DNA from: Candidatus Bathyarchaeia archaeon
GTDB lineage: Archaea; Thermoproteota; Bathyarchaeia; Bathyarchaeales; Bathycorpusculaceae
Direction: 5' to 3'
DNA length: 64,000 bases
Assembly: GCA_038883655.1 (NCBI GenBank)
Contig: JAVZLQ010000001.1
Coordinates: 32,001 to 96,000, forward strand
The notes beneath the pieces were generated by a model. It ran no database searches, was not told where the DNA came from, and saw nothing but the letters and a program-made list of their open reading frames with translations. The position numbers were made by a program, and so were the translations under genes. Below are positions 47,086 through 56,383 of the stretch, piece by piece (the stretch's first letter is position 1; every line of letters starts with the position of its first letter).

Positions 47086-48324
47086 TTGAAGGCAATGCTT
47101 GTTGTTGGAGATGGCATGGCGGACAGACCAATAAAAGAACTAGGATGGAAGACACCATTAGAAGTTGCAAAAAAGCCAGCACTGAACCGCATAGCAAAAA
47201 GCGGCATCTGCGGTATAATGGACCCAATAGCACCTGGAATCCCTCCTGGAAGCGACACGGCAACACTTGCTTTGCTTGGCTATGACCCATTCAAGGTTTA
47301 TTCTGGAAGGGGAGCCTTGGAAGCGGTTGGCTTTGGCATAAGCGTAGAGCCATGCGATGTTGCCTTTCGGTGTAATTTTGCAACTATCAGCGAGGATTTT
47401 GTTGTTTTGGATAGACGTGCTGGAAGAATAGCTACCGAGGATGCAGCGCTGCTGACTGAAAGTTTGCGGAATGTTAAGCTTAAAAATCGCGCTGTCAAGT
47501 TTCTCTTTGAAAACACTGTTCAGCATAGAGCAGTTCTCGTTCTTCGCGGACGTGGGCTTTCCCCAAATGTTAGCGATTCCGACCCAGGAAAGGTTGGAGA
47601 AAAGGTTCGAGAAGTAAAACCTTTGGATGGAAGTGAAGAGGCGCGGTTTACTGCTGAAATTTTAAATGAGCTTATGATAAAGTTTCACGACGCCTTGAAG
47701 TATCATCCACTTAATAAGGCGCGGGTTAAGCGTGGTTTACCGCCAGCAAACGTGATTTTGTGTAGGGGCGCAGGTACAATCCCAAAAGTTAAGGCCTTCT
47801 CGGAAATTTACGGTGTAAACGCCGCGTGTATAGCTGTTGTGCCATTGATTAGGGGTGTTTGCAAAGTCGCTGGTATGTGCCTCATGGACGTTAAGGGTGC
47901 CACCGGAACAGTTCAAACGGATTTCATGGCTAAGGCGAAATCCGCCGTTGAAGCATTAAAACATTATGATTTTGTGCTCTTGCATGTTAAGGCAACTGAC
48001 GTCGCTAGCCATGACGGAAATGCTGAACAGAAAATTGCGGTTATCGAGAAAATTGATGAAATGCTCGCGTTCATACTTGAAAAGGCGAATATGAACACGA
48101 CTTATTTGGCAGTAACTGCAGACCACACAACATCGATTTTAACTGGAAGACACGAAGGCGACCCGGTTCCAGTGGCAATAACTGGACCTTATGTGCGCAG
48201 CGATCATGTTGAGGAGTTTGATGAGCGTTCCTGTGCTAAGGGCGGACTTAATAGGATTAGAGGCGTTGACCTAATGCCAATTCTCATGGGTCTGATTGGC
48301 AAAACAAGGCAGTTTGGCGCTTAA
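47086..48324 (+). CDS. apgM: 2,3-bisphosphoglycerate-independent phosphoglycerate mutase (archaeal)
   Basis: DGMAD, PGSD, RGALEA, DRRAGRI, DVASHDG and TADHTT motifs. Confidence 0.93.
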   Translation: MKAMLVVGDGMADRPIKELGWKTPLEVAKKPALNRIAKSGICGIMDPIAPGIPPGSDTATLALLGYDPFKVYSGRGALEAVGFGISVEPCDVAFRCNFATISEDFVVLDRRAGRIATEDAALLTESLRNVKLKNRAVKFLFENTVQHRAVLVLRGRGLSPNVSDSDPGKVGEKVREVKPLDGSEEARFTAEILNELMIKFHDALKYHPLNKARVKRGLPPANVILCRGAGTIPKVKAFSEIYGVNAACIAVVPLIRGVCKVAGMCLMDVKGATGTVQTDFMAKAKSAVEALKHYDFVLLHVKATDVASHDGNAEQKIAVIEKIDEMLAFILEKANMNTTYLAVTADHTTSILTGRHEGDPVPVAITGPYVRSDHVEEFDERSCAKGGLNRIRGVDLMPILMGLIGKTRQFGA

Positions 48325-48331
48325 AGCGCGT

Positions 48332-49453
48332 TTATTGAACTGGCATTAGTCGCCATTCCCTATAATCCGTTATGACCTTTATGTATCCGCGGAGCATATT
48401 ATCCACCTCAGCATCACCAGTGTCCACGCGCAGAACGTTTCCCTCTATGCTTTGAAGTTTGCTCTTTGTTGCGGCAACTATTATCCGCTGTTTTGTTACA
48501 CGTTTGACTATTTCTGGGCTTATCTGCTGGTTGCCCCTTCCCAGAAGTATTCCTTGATGTCCAATCGGCGAGAGAATAATCCAAGTTTTCTGCCAATCCT
48601 TAACTTCCTCCAATATTCGCCTTTCATCAACATCAAGTATCACCTTGCCATTTTTGTATACATCCACGCCAAGAACAGTTTTCTCAACACCCAAAAGTTC
48701 AGCTATGCGCTTGACCGTTGTTCCTGGACCAAGTATATACGTTGAGTCTTGACGCATATCCTCAATTATGGACTTCGCTATTGCAGTTTGATTCTCCTTT
48801 TCATCAACCGTTTCTGGGCTGACCTGTTTACTTCCCTGGATCCGCATTGGAAGAAAAGGACCTTTCAAGAAACCGTGAAGCTTTACGGCGAACGTATCGC
48901 TGCGAATAGCCTTCTCGTCAGCGTCCATAATTTCAAAATCTGCAATTTCAGCTTGGTTTTCAGCGAAAGCCAAAACCACATCCACAGCGTCAGCGGGGTT
49001 AACCGCAAAGATTCCACTGTACATTTTCACGCCTGCTGGAACGCCTAAAACCGGAACATCAGCGCTGCAGCCTTTCATAGCGTCAAAAATATCTTTGGCT
49101 GTGCCGTCCCCGCCAACAAAAACGATTAGGTCAACGTTGGCTTCGATAAGCATCTTAACTGCAATCTTAGTATCTTCGGCGCTTGTTTCAATTCTTAACT
49201 TCATTGGCAAAAGTTTAACGCTGACACTGGTGTTTCTCGCTTCTTCTTCGCCCATAACCCCTGGGCATGTTAAAATTTCAATTTCTATTTTTCCACGGTT
49301 TTCTTTCAGTTTTTTCAGAAACTCAGTTGCCCTTTCTGGAGCTACTGGTTTGGCGCCTCTTGCGATAGCCTCTTTTAAGACGCCGTCTGTCCCTTTAAGT
49401 CCAACTCTACCACCCATGCCCGCAATCGGGTTAACGATGAAGCCCAGCTTCAT
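48332..49453 (-). CDS. ATP-NAD/AcoX kinase-family protein
   Basis: NPIAGMGGRVGLKGTDG, GGDGT, GVKMYS, GRGNQQ and VDTGD motifs. Confidence 0.85.
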   Translation of the reverse strand: MKLGFIVNPIAGMGGRVGLKGTDGVLKEAIARGAKPVAPERATEFLKKLKENRGKIEIEILTCPGVMGEEEARNTSVSVKLLPMKLRIETSAEDTKIAVKMLIEANVDLIVFVGGDGTAKDIFDAMKGCSADVPVLGVPAGVKMYSGIFAVNPADAVDVVLAFAENQAEIADFEIMDADEKAIRSDTFAVKLHGFLKGPFLPMRIQGSKQVSPETVDEKENQTAIAKSIIEDMRQDSTYILGPGTTVKRIAELLGVEKTVLGVDVYKNGKVILDVDERRILEEVKDWQKTWIILSPIGHQGILLGRGNQQISPEIVKRVTKQRIIVAATKSKLQSIEGNVLRVDTGDAEVDNMLRGYIKVITDYREWRLMPVQ

Positions 49454-49528
49454 GTTTCTCTTCAACCGCCCAAAACTATGTTTCGTTTACACTGCAAACT
49501 ATTTTAGCATATGCACGTTTAAGACAAT

Positions 49529-50182
49529 TTGGGAGAGCTGAAAATAAAGTTGCTGACGGCAAATTCCGGTTCCAACAAATCTGATGGGACATTTCCGATT
49601 CTTGCAATTTCAAGCAACGGAAAACTTATGGGCGTGGCTGTTGCCTCAGGTTCAACGTCTGTCGGCGACAGGGTTCCACACGCAAAGCCTGGCATATGCG
49701 TCATAGCCACTCAAGCATACACGAACGTTATGCATGGCGTTAAGGGGTTAGATTTACTCGAAAAGGGGCTTTCCTCCAAAAGAGGCTTTAGGTGCTCTTT
49801 TGGCTGAGGGTGTAGAACGGGATTTACGGCAAGTGGCAATAATGGGCTTTCAAAAGCGAAAGGCGGTTTTTACTGGGAAAGGCGTTCCAGGCTGCTGGGC
49901 TGAAATTGTGAGGGAGAACTGTATTGCTATTGGAAACTTGCTCGCCGCAAGCGAAGTGGTAAACAGAATGGCTGAAAGCTTTGAGAATTCTCGAAGCGAT
50001 TTCGCTTTAAGGCTTGTTGAGGCTTTAAGGGCTGGAAGTGAAGTGGCGGAGATGGGCGTGGAGAGTGTTCCGCGGCAATCATGGTTGTGGATTCTAGAAA
50101 GGTGGTTTTGAGTTTGAGAGTTGATTTTCATCAAAAGCCAATTGATGAGCTGCTCCGTCAACTGAAGTATACAAAACTCTGA
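49529..50182 (+). pseudogene. DUF1028 (Ntn-hydrolase-like) pseudogene with two frameshifts
   Basis: GVAVASGS...ATQAYTN in frame A; shift near 49775 into PKEAL...RQVA...GNLL; shift near 50044 into GGDGRGECSAA...LRVD ending TGA 50180-50182. Confidence 0.8.
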
Positions 50183-50252
50183 TTTTCTCTGAAAATTCTT
50201 ATATGCATTGAAATTTTAAACTTGTTCTCCCATTTAAACGCGAGGTAAACCA

Positions 50253-51227
50253 ATGTCAAAAAAGGGCACTAAACGGGTTTTGGTTACAGGGTCAACTGGG
50301 CAGATAGGCTCCGAACTGACAGAGGCTCTTCGTGAAAGATACGGCAACGAAAACGTTGTGGCTATTGGACACAAGCGAAAGCCAAGCGATAAGCTCCTAG
50401 CTTCTGGTCCATTCGTTTACGCTGACGTTACTGATAGGGAAAGCATAAGAAAAGTCGTAAAGGAATACGACATAGACACAATCTACCATTTGGCGGCAAT
50501 TTTATCAGCTACTGGTGAAGAAAACCCGCAACTTGCATGGCACATTAACATGGATGGACTTTACAACATACTTGAAATTGCAAGGGAGTTCCACCTACAA
50601 GTTTTCTGGCCGAGCTCCATCGCAGTTTTCGGTCCAGAATCCCCGCGCATAAAAACTCCGCAAAACACAGTTCTGATTCCAAGAACAATTTATGGAGTTT
50701 CGAAAGTTGCAGGCGAGCTCTTGTGTAACTACTATTTTCAACGCTTCGGCTTGGATGTGCGCAGTGTGCGCTATCCCGGCATCATAAGCAGTGAAACTCC
50801 TCCTGGTGGTGGAACAACGGATTACGCTGTTGAAATTTTTTACGAAGCGATTAGGCGAAAGCGCTACACATGTTTTGTGCGTAAGGACACAATTTTGCCT
50901 ATGATGTATATGCCGGACTGCATAAACGCTGCAATCAAGCTTATGGAAACAGAACCAGAAAGGATTAGTTGCCGCACAAGCTACAACGTAGCGGCTATGA
51001 GTTTTTCCGCTGGGGAGCTTGCTGCAGAAATTAAGAAGTATATCCCAGAATTTGAATGCGAGTATAAACCAGACTTTAGGCAGAAAATCGCAGACTCTTG
51101 GCCAATGACCATAGATGACAGTCTAGCCCGTAGGGACTGGGACTGGAATCCGAAATATGATTTGGCTTCTATGACTAGGGATATGATTGAGAAGTTATCG
51201 AAGAAGCTAGCCACAAATGCGGCATAG
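50253..51227 (+). CDS. L-threonine 3-dehydrogenase, SDR type
   Basis: TGSTGQIG, HLAAILSA, PSSIA, YGVSK and GGGTTDY motifs; adjacent to kbl. Confidence 0.9.
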   Translation: MSKKGTKRVLVTGSTGQIGSELTEALRERYGNENVVAIGHKRKPSDKLLASGPFVYADVTDRESIRKVVKEYDIDTIYHLAAILSATGEENPQLAWHINMDGLYNILEIAREFHLQVFWPSSIAVFGPESPRIKTPQNTVLIPRTIYGVSKVAGELLCNYYFQRFGLDVRSVRYPGIISSETPPGGGTTDYAVEIFYEAIRRKRYTCFVRKDTILPMMYMPDCINAAIKLMETEPERISCRTSYNVAAMSFSAGELAAEIKKYIPEFECEYKPDFRQKIADSWPMTIDDSLARRDWDWNPKYDLASMTRDMIEKLSKKLATNAA

Positions 51228-51300
51228 TGAAATGCTGTTTGTTGTATAGGAAACGTTAAAAGAGCTTCTGTGCAAACTCTCTTTTTGAAGGTGACAGTTT

Positions 51301-52500
51301 ATGATTAAGCGTCATCCAACAAAATATTTAGGCGAAGAATATCAGCGTTTGGTTCGAGAGAACCTAAACTGGGAACTTAAAGTTTTGGAAAGTGCAAGCG
51401 AGCCAATATGCATAGTAAACGGCAAAGAGGTTCTAATGCTCTGCGCAAATAACTATCTGAACTTGGCGACCCATCCAAAAGTTGTTGAAGCAATGATAGA
51501 AGCAACAAGAAAATATGGCGCTGGAGCTGGAAGCGACCGTTCAATTGCGGGCAACATGAGCCTCCATGAGGAGCTTGACCGCAGACTTGCAAAGTTCAAA
51601 AACGCCCCAGCATCACTAACATTTCAGACGGGCTTCATGGCTAACGAGGGAGTTATACCGCAACTCGCCGACAAGGGAGACCTCTTCGTTTCAGACGAAT
51701 TAAACCATGGCTCAATAATTGATGGTGTACGCCTAAGCCATGCTGACAGAGCAATTTACAAACACAAGGACGTTGAAGACCTAGCCCGCGTTTTGGACGA
51801 GGCTGAGAAACACGACCCACCGTACAGGCATATTTGGATATTGACAGACGGCGTTTTCAGTATGGACGGCGACACCGCACCACTACCAGAAATAGCGAAA
51901 ATAGCCAAAGAACACGGCGCGGGAGTTTATGTTGACGATGCCCATGGAGAAGGCGTACTAGGCGAGGGCGGAAGAGGCATCGTAAACCACTATAAGCTTT
52001 CAAGAGACGAAGTGCACATCGAAATGGGCACTTTCTCAAAAGCCTTCGGCGTAATAGGAGGACACATAACCGGAAGCGAAGACCTGCGCAACTTCGCCTA
52101 CAACAAAGCTAGAAGCTGGCTTCTAAGCGGTGCTGTTCCACCTGGCGTTGCCGCTGCGTGCATTGCAGCCATAGATGTTTTGGAAACAGAACCGCAGCAC
52201 GTTAGGCATGTTTGGGAGAACCGCAACCATCTGCTCGAGGGCTTGCAAGACGCTGGTTTTGACACTGGAAATACTGAAACGCCCATAATTCCAGTGATGT
52301 GTGGACGAAGCAAAGCGGCGAAGGACTTGGCGGATTACCTCTGGTCTAAGGGCATATTCGTGTTGCCAATCTTCTACCCGATGGTGGCAAGGGACAAAGC
52401 AAGAATAAGAGTTCAAGTCTGCACAAAACACACGCGCGAACAGCTGGACAGAGCCTTAGATGCATTCAAAGAAGGCGGCAAAAAACTTGGAATAATCTAA
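51301..52500 (+). CDS. kbl: Glycine C-acetyltransferase / 8-amino-7-oxononanoate synthase family
   Basis: ANNYL, LNHGSIIDG, GVFSMDG, DDAHG, GTFSKA and ARIR motifs. Confidence 0.85.
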   Translation: MIKRHPTKYLGEEYQRLVRENLNWELKVLESASEPICIVNGKEVLMLCANNYLNLATHPKVVEAMIEATRKYGAGAGSDRSIAGNMSLHEELDRRLAKFKNAPASLTFQTGFMANEGVIPQLADKGDLFVSDELNHGSIIDGVRLSHADRAIYKHKDVEDLARVLDEAEKHDPPYRHIWILTDGVFSMDGDTAPLPEIAKIAKEHGAGVYVDDAHGEGVLGEGGRGIVNHYKLSRDEVHIEMGTFSKAFGVIGGHITGSEDLRNFAYNKARSWLLSGAVPPGVAAACIAAIDVLETEPQHVRHVWENRNHLLEGLQDAGFDTGNTETPIIPVMCGRSKAAKDLADYLWSKGIFVLPIFYPMVARDKARIRVQVCTKHTREQLDRALDAFKEGGKKLGII

Positions 52501-52529
52501 AATCCTAATTATTTTTTAGATGTTCGCTA

Positions 52530-53171
52530 ATGAGCGTGTCCCAGAAAAAACAGCAGCTGCGCGAGAAAATTTGGAGCGAAATGGAACTTAGAGGAATAGC
52601 CACTTTTCCAAAACCTTGTAGGGGACGAATCCCAAACTTTTTAGGCTCATCAACTGCCGCTGAAAAACTGCGCCAAACAGACGAGTGGAAAAAAGCAAAA
52701 GTGATATTCGCAAATCCAGACTCGCCTCAGCAAAAGGTTAGAGAAAACGCGCTATTGGACGGTAAAACACTGATAATGGCTTCTCCGAGGCTTGCACGAG
52801 GATTCATCCTAATCAACCCAACTAAAGTGAAAGGCAAGGAGCGTTTCGCCTCAACTATCAAAGGCGCATTTAAATTCGGTGTGGAAACGCGATCTTTTCC
52901 AAAGCCAGACTTGATAGTTGAGGGTTCAGTGGCTGTTGATGTGTATGGGCATAGGCTTGGGAAGGGACATGGCTACGGCGACACGGAAATAGCCATAATA
53001 AAAAGGATGTTCGGAGAAATTCCAATAGCCACAACCGTACACGACATGCAGGTTGTTGAAGCTGTCCCGTTTGAGGAAAAAGACGAGAAAGTATCATTGA
53101 TTGTCACGCCTACAAGAGTTATCCGTGTTGTTGTCCAAAGTGGTTCTGCGCAGAAAACCTATAGGGGCTAG
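52530..53171 (+). CDS. 5-formyltetrahydrofolate cyclo-ligase family protein (COG0212/MTHFSD-like paralogue)
   Basis: GRIPNF, NPDSPQ, GSVAVD..G.RLGKG.GY.D.E motifs. Confidence 0.85.
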   Translation: MSVSQKKQQLREKIWSEMELRGIATFPKPCRGRIPNFLGSSTAAEKLRQTDEWKKAKVIFANPDSPQQKVRENALLDGKTLIMASPRLARGFILINPTKVKGKERFASTIKGAFKFGVETRSFPKPDLIVEGSVAVDVYGHRLGKGHGYGDTEIAIIKRMFGEIPIATTVHDMQVVEAVPFEEKDEKVSLIVTPTRVIRVVVQSGSAQKTYRG

Positions 53172-53211
53172 GTCACTATTGGCTTTTTCCAAGCCAAAAA
53201 TACATGAATTT

Positions 53212-55080
53212 TCAGCGCAGTTTTTCAAGAGCCTTATCAACGTCGTCCAAGCCAAGTTTTCTAAGCGTCGCGCTTTTTGGAATGCCGTTCTCGTCCCAAC
53301 CAACAGCCTCGTAATATCGCCTGATTTCTGCCTCCACCTCAGTTTTGTCAGCGGCTTTTCCCTTGTATGGTCCAGACGGTAGTGGCTCATAGAATCTTGG
53401 CGGGTTTGAATCATGTATTTTAGGGTTCCATTTTAGGTCTGGTCCACCCAGCAGCAGCATTGCCCTTTGCAGTTGAAGGATTCGTAGTGCTTTCGTGTTA
53501 ATCCATTCTTCGTGTGTTAGTTCTATGCCCGTGACTGCCTTGTAAAACTCGAATTTTAAGCCTCGTGGTATTCCGAAAATGTTGAAGTAACAGTACACGG
53601 CTGAATCATTAAATGTCATTGCAAGTTCGCTTCTGAAATCGTCTAGTGGAAGGCAAGCAGTTGAGGTGTGGTCTCCGCCCTGAACTGAACATGCGTAAGA
53701 GTAGCTTTCTGGATAATCCTTTCCGCTTCTTATTCCATGCGCGCCTATACCTATCCCCTTACATTGAACAGCATACTGCAAAACGTCAATTCCCTTCATC
53801 TCTTGTATCTTCAATGCTGCGCGGTAAGTTCCCTCAGCCAGCAAGTCGCCTATGCCTTCTCGAAAAGCAATTTTCTTTGCTAAAACTGCGAAGGCTTCAG
53901 CGTCACCCCACTTAAGCTCTAAACCATCCAAATCATCCTTCGTTAATATGTCTCTCTGGAAAAGCTCAGCCGCAAATCCCATAACATTCCCAGTTTGTAT
54001 TCCGCAAAGTCCCAAATCGTCAATGAGTGAAGCCAAAAACACGTTTTCTTCAGGTGTGAAAATACCCAGGTTAGGGCCAAGATAGGCTTGCAACTCGTAG
54101 TCTGGATTATCCGTTATCGCGCCTTTAAACTTTCCAGTTTTTACTACGGCGACTTTTAAGCATGTTGTTGGACAGCCAAAATCTCCCCAGTAAGGCTTAA
54201 CCCAAACACGGCTCTCAAACTGGTCAACGCCAAAATTCTTTTCATCATGCCACTCCTCCTGCCAGTTCCGAACAGGCTCGGAACTCGTTTTCGCGCCAAC
54301 CTCATAGCCGGCTGAACCAGTTCCCCAACGCCTCCAAAGCTCACTCTCATAAACATCGTTGCACACTGCTTGCATTAACTCCTTCACCTTCTCCATGTCC
54401 GCAACTTCTGGTAGTGGACCGCTACCCTTGACGGCTATTGCCTTAAGCTTTTTAGAACCCATAACCGCGCCATAACCGCCATAACCTGCCGCATGCGTCC
54501 ACTTAGCCGCAACAACAGCTGTTCGAACCTTGTTCTCCCCGGCTGGACCAACATATAAGATGGATGGTTCTTTCCACTCGCCCTTCCATGGAAACCGCTT
54601 ATCCAAAAGTCCTCTGCATTCCCTTGTCAGGATGGCAACTGTTTGCTTTGCGTCTTTGCCCCAAACGTGAGAGGCATCCCTAATTTCGGCGTCGCCATCT
54701 TTGACGAAAAGGTAGGATGGTTTTTCTGCTTCTCCAGTCACTATTATACCATCATAGCCAGCGCACTTCAATTCTACACCAAATTCACCTGCAACTGTTG
54801 AGCCTACCATGCCGTTGCTTTGGGGAGACTTGCCGGAAACGCATATTCTCCCGCCTGGAAAGAATCCCGTGAGCGGTCCAGTTAAGAACAGCAAAATGTT
54901 TTCTGGTCCAAGCGGGTCAACGGTTTCCCATCTGTCGCCTAACCTGTCCCACAAAATTTTTGCTGCTAGACCTCTGCCGCCAACGTAATCTCTCAAAACT
55001 TCGTCGCTGAATGTTGTTTCTTTAATTTTTCCAGTTGAAAGGTTGACCTCTAAAAACTTTCCAGCGTAACCCAAAATCAT
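53212..55080 (-). CDS. Tungsten AOR-family oxidoreductase, WOR5/ASOR-type large subunit
   Basis: HAAGYGGYGAVMGSK, SSEPVRNWQEE, WGDFGCPTTC, DYELQAY, GAHGIRS, VQGGDHTS and LLLGGPD motifs as recalled for Pyrococcus WOR5. Confidence 0.85.
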   Translation of the reverse strand: MILGYAGKFLEVNLSTGKIKETTFSDEVLRDYVGGRGLAAKILWDRLGDRWETVDPLGPENILLFLTGPLTGFFPGGRICVSGKSPQSNGMVGSTVAGEFGVELKCAGYDGIIVTGEAEKPSYLFVKDGDAEIRDASHVWGKDAKQTVAILTRECRGLLDKRFPWKGEWKEPSILYVGPAGENKVRTAVVAAKWTHAAGYGGYGAVMGSKKLKAIAVKGSGPLPEVADMEKVKELMQAVCNDVYESELWRRWGTGSAGYEVGAKTSSEPVRNWQEEWHDEKNFGVDQFESRVWVKPYWGDFGCPTTCLKVAVVKTGKFKGAITDNPDYELQAYLGPNLGIFTPEENVFLASLIDDLGLCGIQTGNVMGFAAELFQRDILTKDDLDGLELKWGDAEAFAVLAKKIAFREGIGDLLAEGTYRAALKIQEMKGIDVLQYAVQCKGIGIGAHGIRSGKDYPESYSYACSVQGGDHTSTACLPLDDFRSELAMTFNDSAVYCYFNIFGIPRGLKFEFYKAVTGIELTHEEWINTKALRILQLQRAMLLLGGPDLKWNPKIHDSNPPRFYEPLPSGPYKGKAADKTEVEAEIRRYYEAVGWDENGIPKSATLRKLGLDDVDKALEKLR

Positions 55081-55613
55081 AGTAGCTTCTCTCCCTCCTC
55101 CCCGTAGATTTTGATGGCTAAGCTACGCGCTATCTCCTTTGGCTTGCGGGCATAAAGCCCATATGCGTAATTCCCCTTTGAAACAACGCGCAGAACATTC
55201 CATGAACCTTCTTGACAGACTTTAACACATTGTGGCTCTCCACCACACAAATCACAAATTAGTATATGTTCCTCCGTGGGGTGCATGTGTGGAACCCTTC
55301 CAGGACAAGCCTCAATACACTGCCCACAAGCAATGCAAACTTCCCTATCAACCAAAACGGCACCAGTTTCTTCGCTTACTGACAACGCCTTCACCGGGCA
55401 AGTTTGAACACACGGATAATCCTCACACTGCACACAGAAATGTGGAAAATCCGTGCCCGGAACCAGCATAAAAACCCTTATTCTGGAGGCTTCGGGCCAA
55501 ATGCGCTTCTCATGAAATAGCGAACAAGCAATTTCGCATTTTCTGCAGCCGCTACATTTTGCTAGGTCTCTGGCTATCCAAATCTGCTCCTTTTTGGTTG
55601 ACAAATTAAACAC
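55077..55613 (-). CDS. Multi-[4Fe-4S] small subunit (WOR5S-like)
   Basis: CSGCRKCEIAC, WPEASRIRVF, CVQCEDYPC, CIACGQCIEACP and CDLC motifs; overlaps the large-subunit start. Confidence 0.88.
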   Translation of the reverse strand: MFNLSTKKEQIWIARDLAKCSGCRKCEIACSLFHEKRIWPEASRIRVFMLVPGTDFPHFCVQCEDYPCVQTCPVKALSVSEETGAVLVDREVCIACGQCIEACPGRVPHMHPTEEHILICDLCGGEPQCVKVCQEGSWNVLRVVSKGNYAYGLYARKPKEIARSLAIKIYGEEGEKLL

Positions 55614-55711
55614 TCCTTAATGGTTACATTTCTATTGGGCGAGTGCGGAATACCTACATCTTTAAATGGTGATTTATAATTTTTGTTAAGTTAAAAGGCG
55701 AGGTAAAACTG

Positions 55712-56383
55712 TTGACTGCTCTGTATGAACTTCTAGGCATATTAGCCACTTCATTCATTTTAAACATTATACCATTCACTGGACCATCCAACATGCTTAT
55801 TGCCGCAAACATGGCTTTACTTGTAAACGCTGACCCATTTACTACTGGCTTTCTTGTTGCCTCGGGTTCAGCCCTAGCAAAGTCCATCCATTACGCCGTA
55901 ACATTTTTCGTCAGCGGCTTCGTAGACGAAGAACGTAGAAAACGCCTTGACGCAGCTGGAACAAAAATTAAAAACTGGGCTTTTTTGGCGCTTTTTATCG
56001 TGGCTGCATCACCACTTCCAGATGAGCCCATTATTATACCATTAGGGATTTTGAAATATAACCCAGTTAAGTTTTTTGTGCCGTACTTTATTGGAAAGTT
56101 GCTAATCTCCGTGATTGGAGCTTACCTTGGAAATACAGTTCAAGAACAACTTGCGCCTTTTGTAAGCCAAGAAGTTCTGGTAATTGCCTCAATAATATTC
56201 ACAGTGGTAGTAACAATCTTGTTATTGAAAGTGGACATAAGCCAATTCATTAGGAAGGTAAAGCAAAAGAAGCGAAACAGCCCGATGAATAATGCTCTAG
56301 GAAAAGCTTTTATGACAGCGTATAAAATCCAGAAAGTTCTATGCCCGAAGAAGCTGAAGAGCTGCCAGAAACACGCTCAATAA
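55712..56383 (+). CDS. VTT/DedA-like membrane protein
   Basis: Several TM helices; NIIPF and ASPLPDE motifs. Confidence 0.7.
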   Translation: MTALYELLGILATSFILNIIPFTGPSNMLIAANMALLVNADPFTTGFLVASGSALAKSIHYAVTFFVSGFVDEERRKRLDAAGTKIKNWAFLALFIVAASPLPDEPIIIPLGILKYNPVKFFVPYFIGKLLISVIGAYLGNTVQEQLAPFVSQEVLVIASIIFTVVVTILLLKVDISQFIRKVKQKKRNSPMNNALGKAFMTAYKIQKVLCPKKLKSCQKHAQ

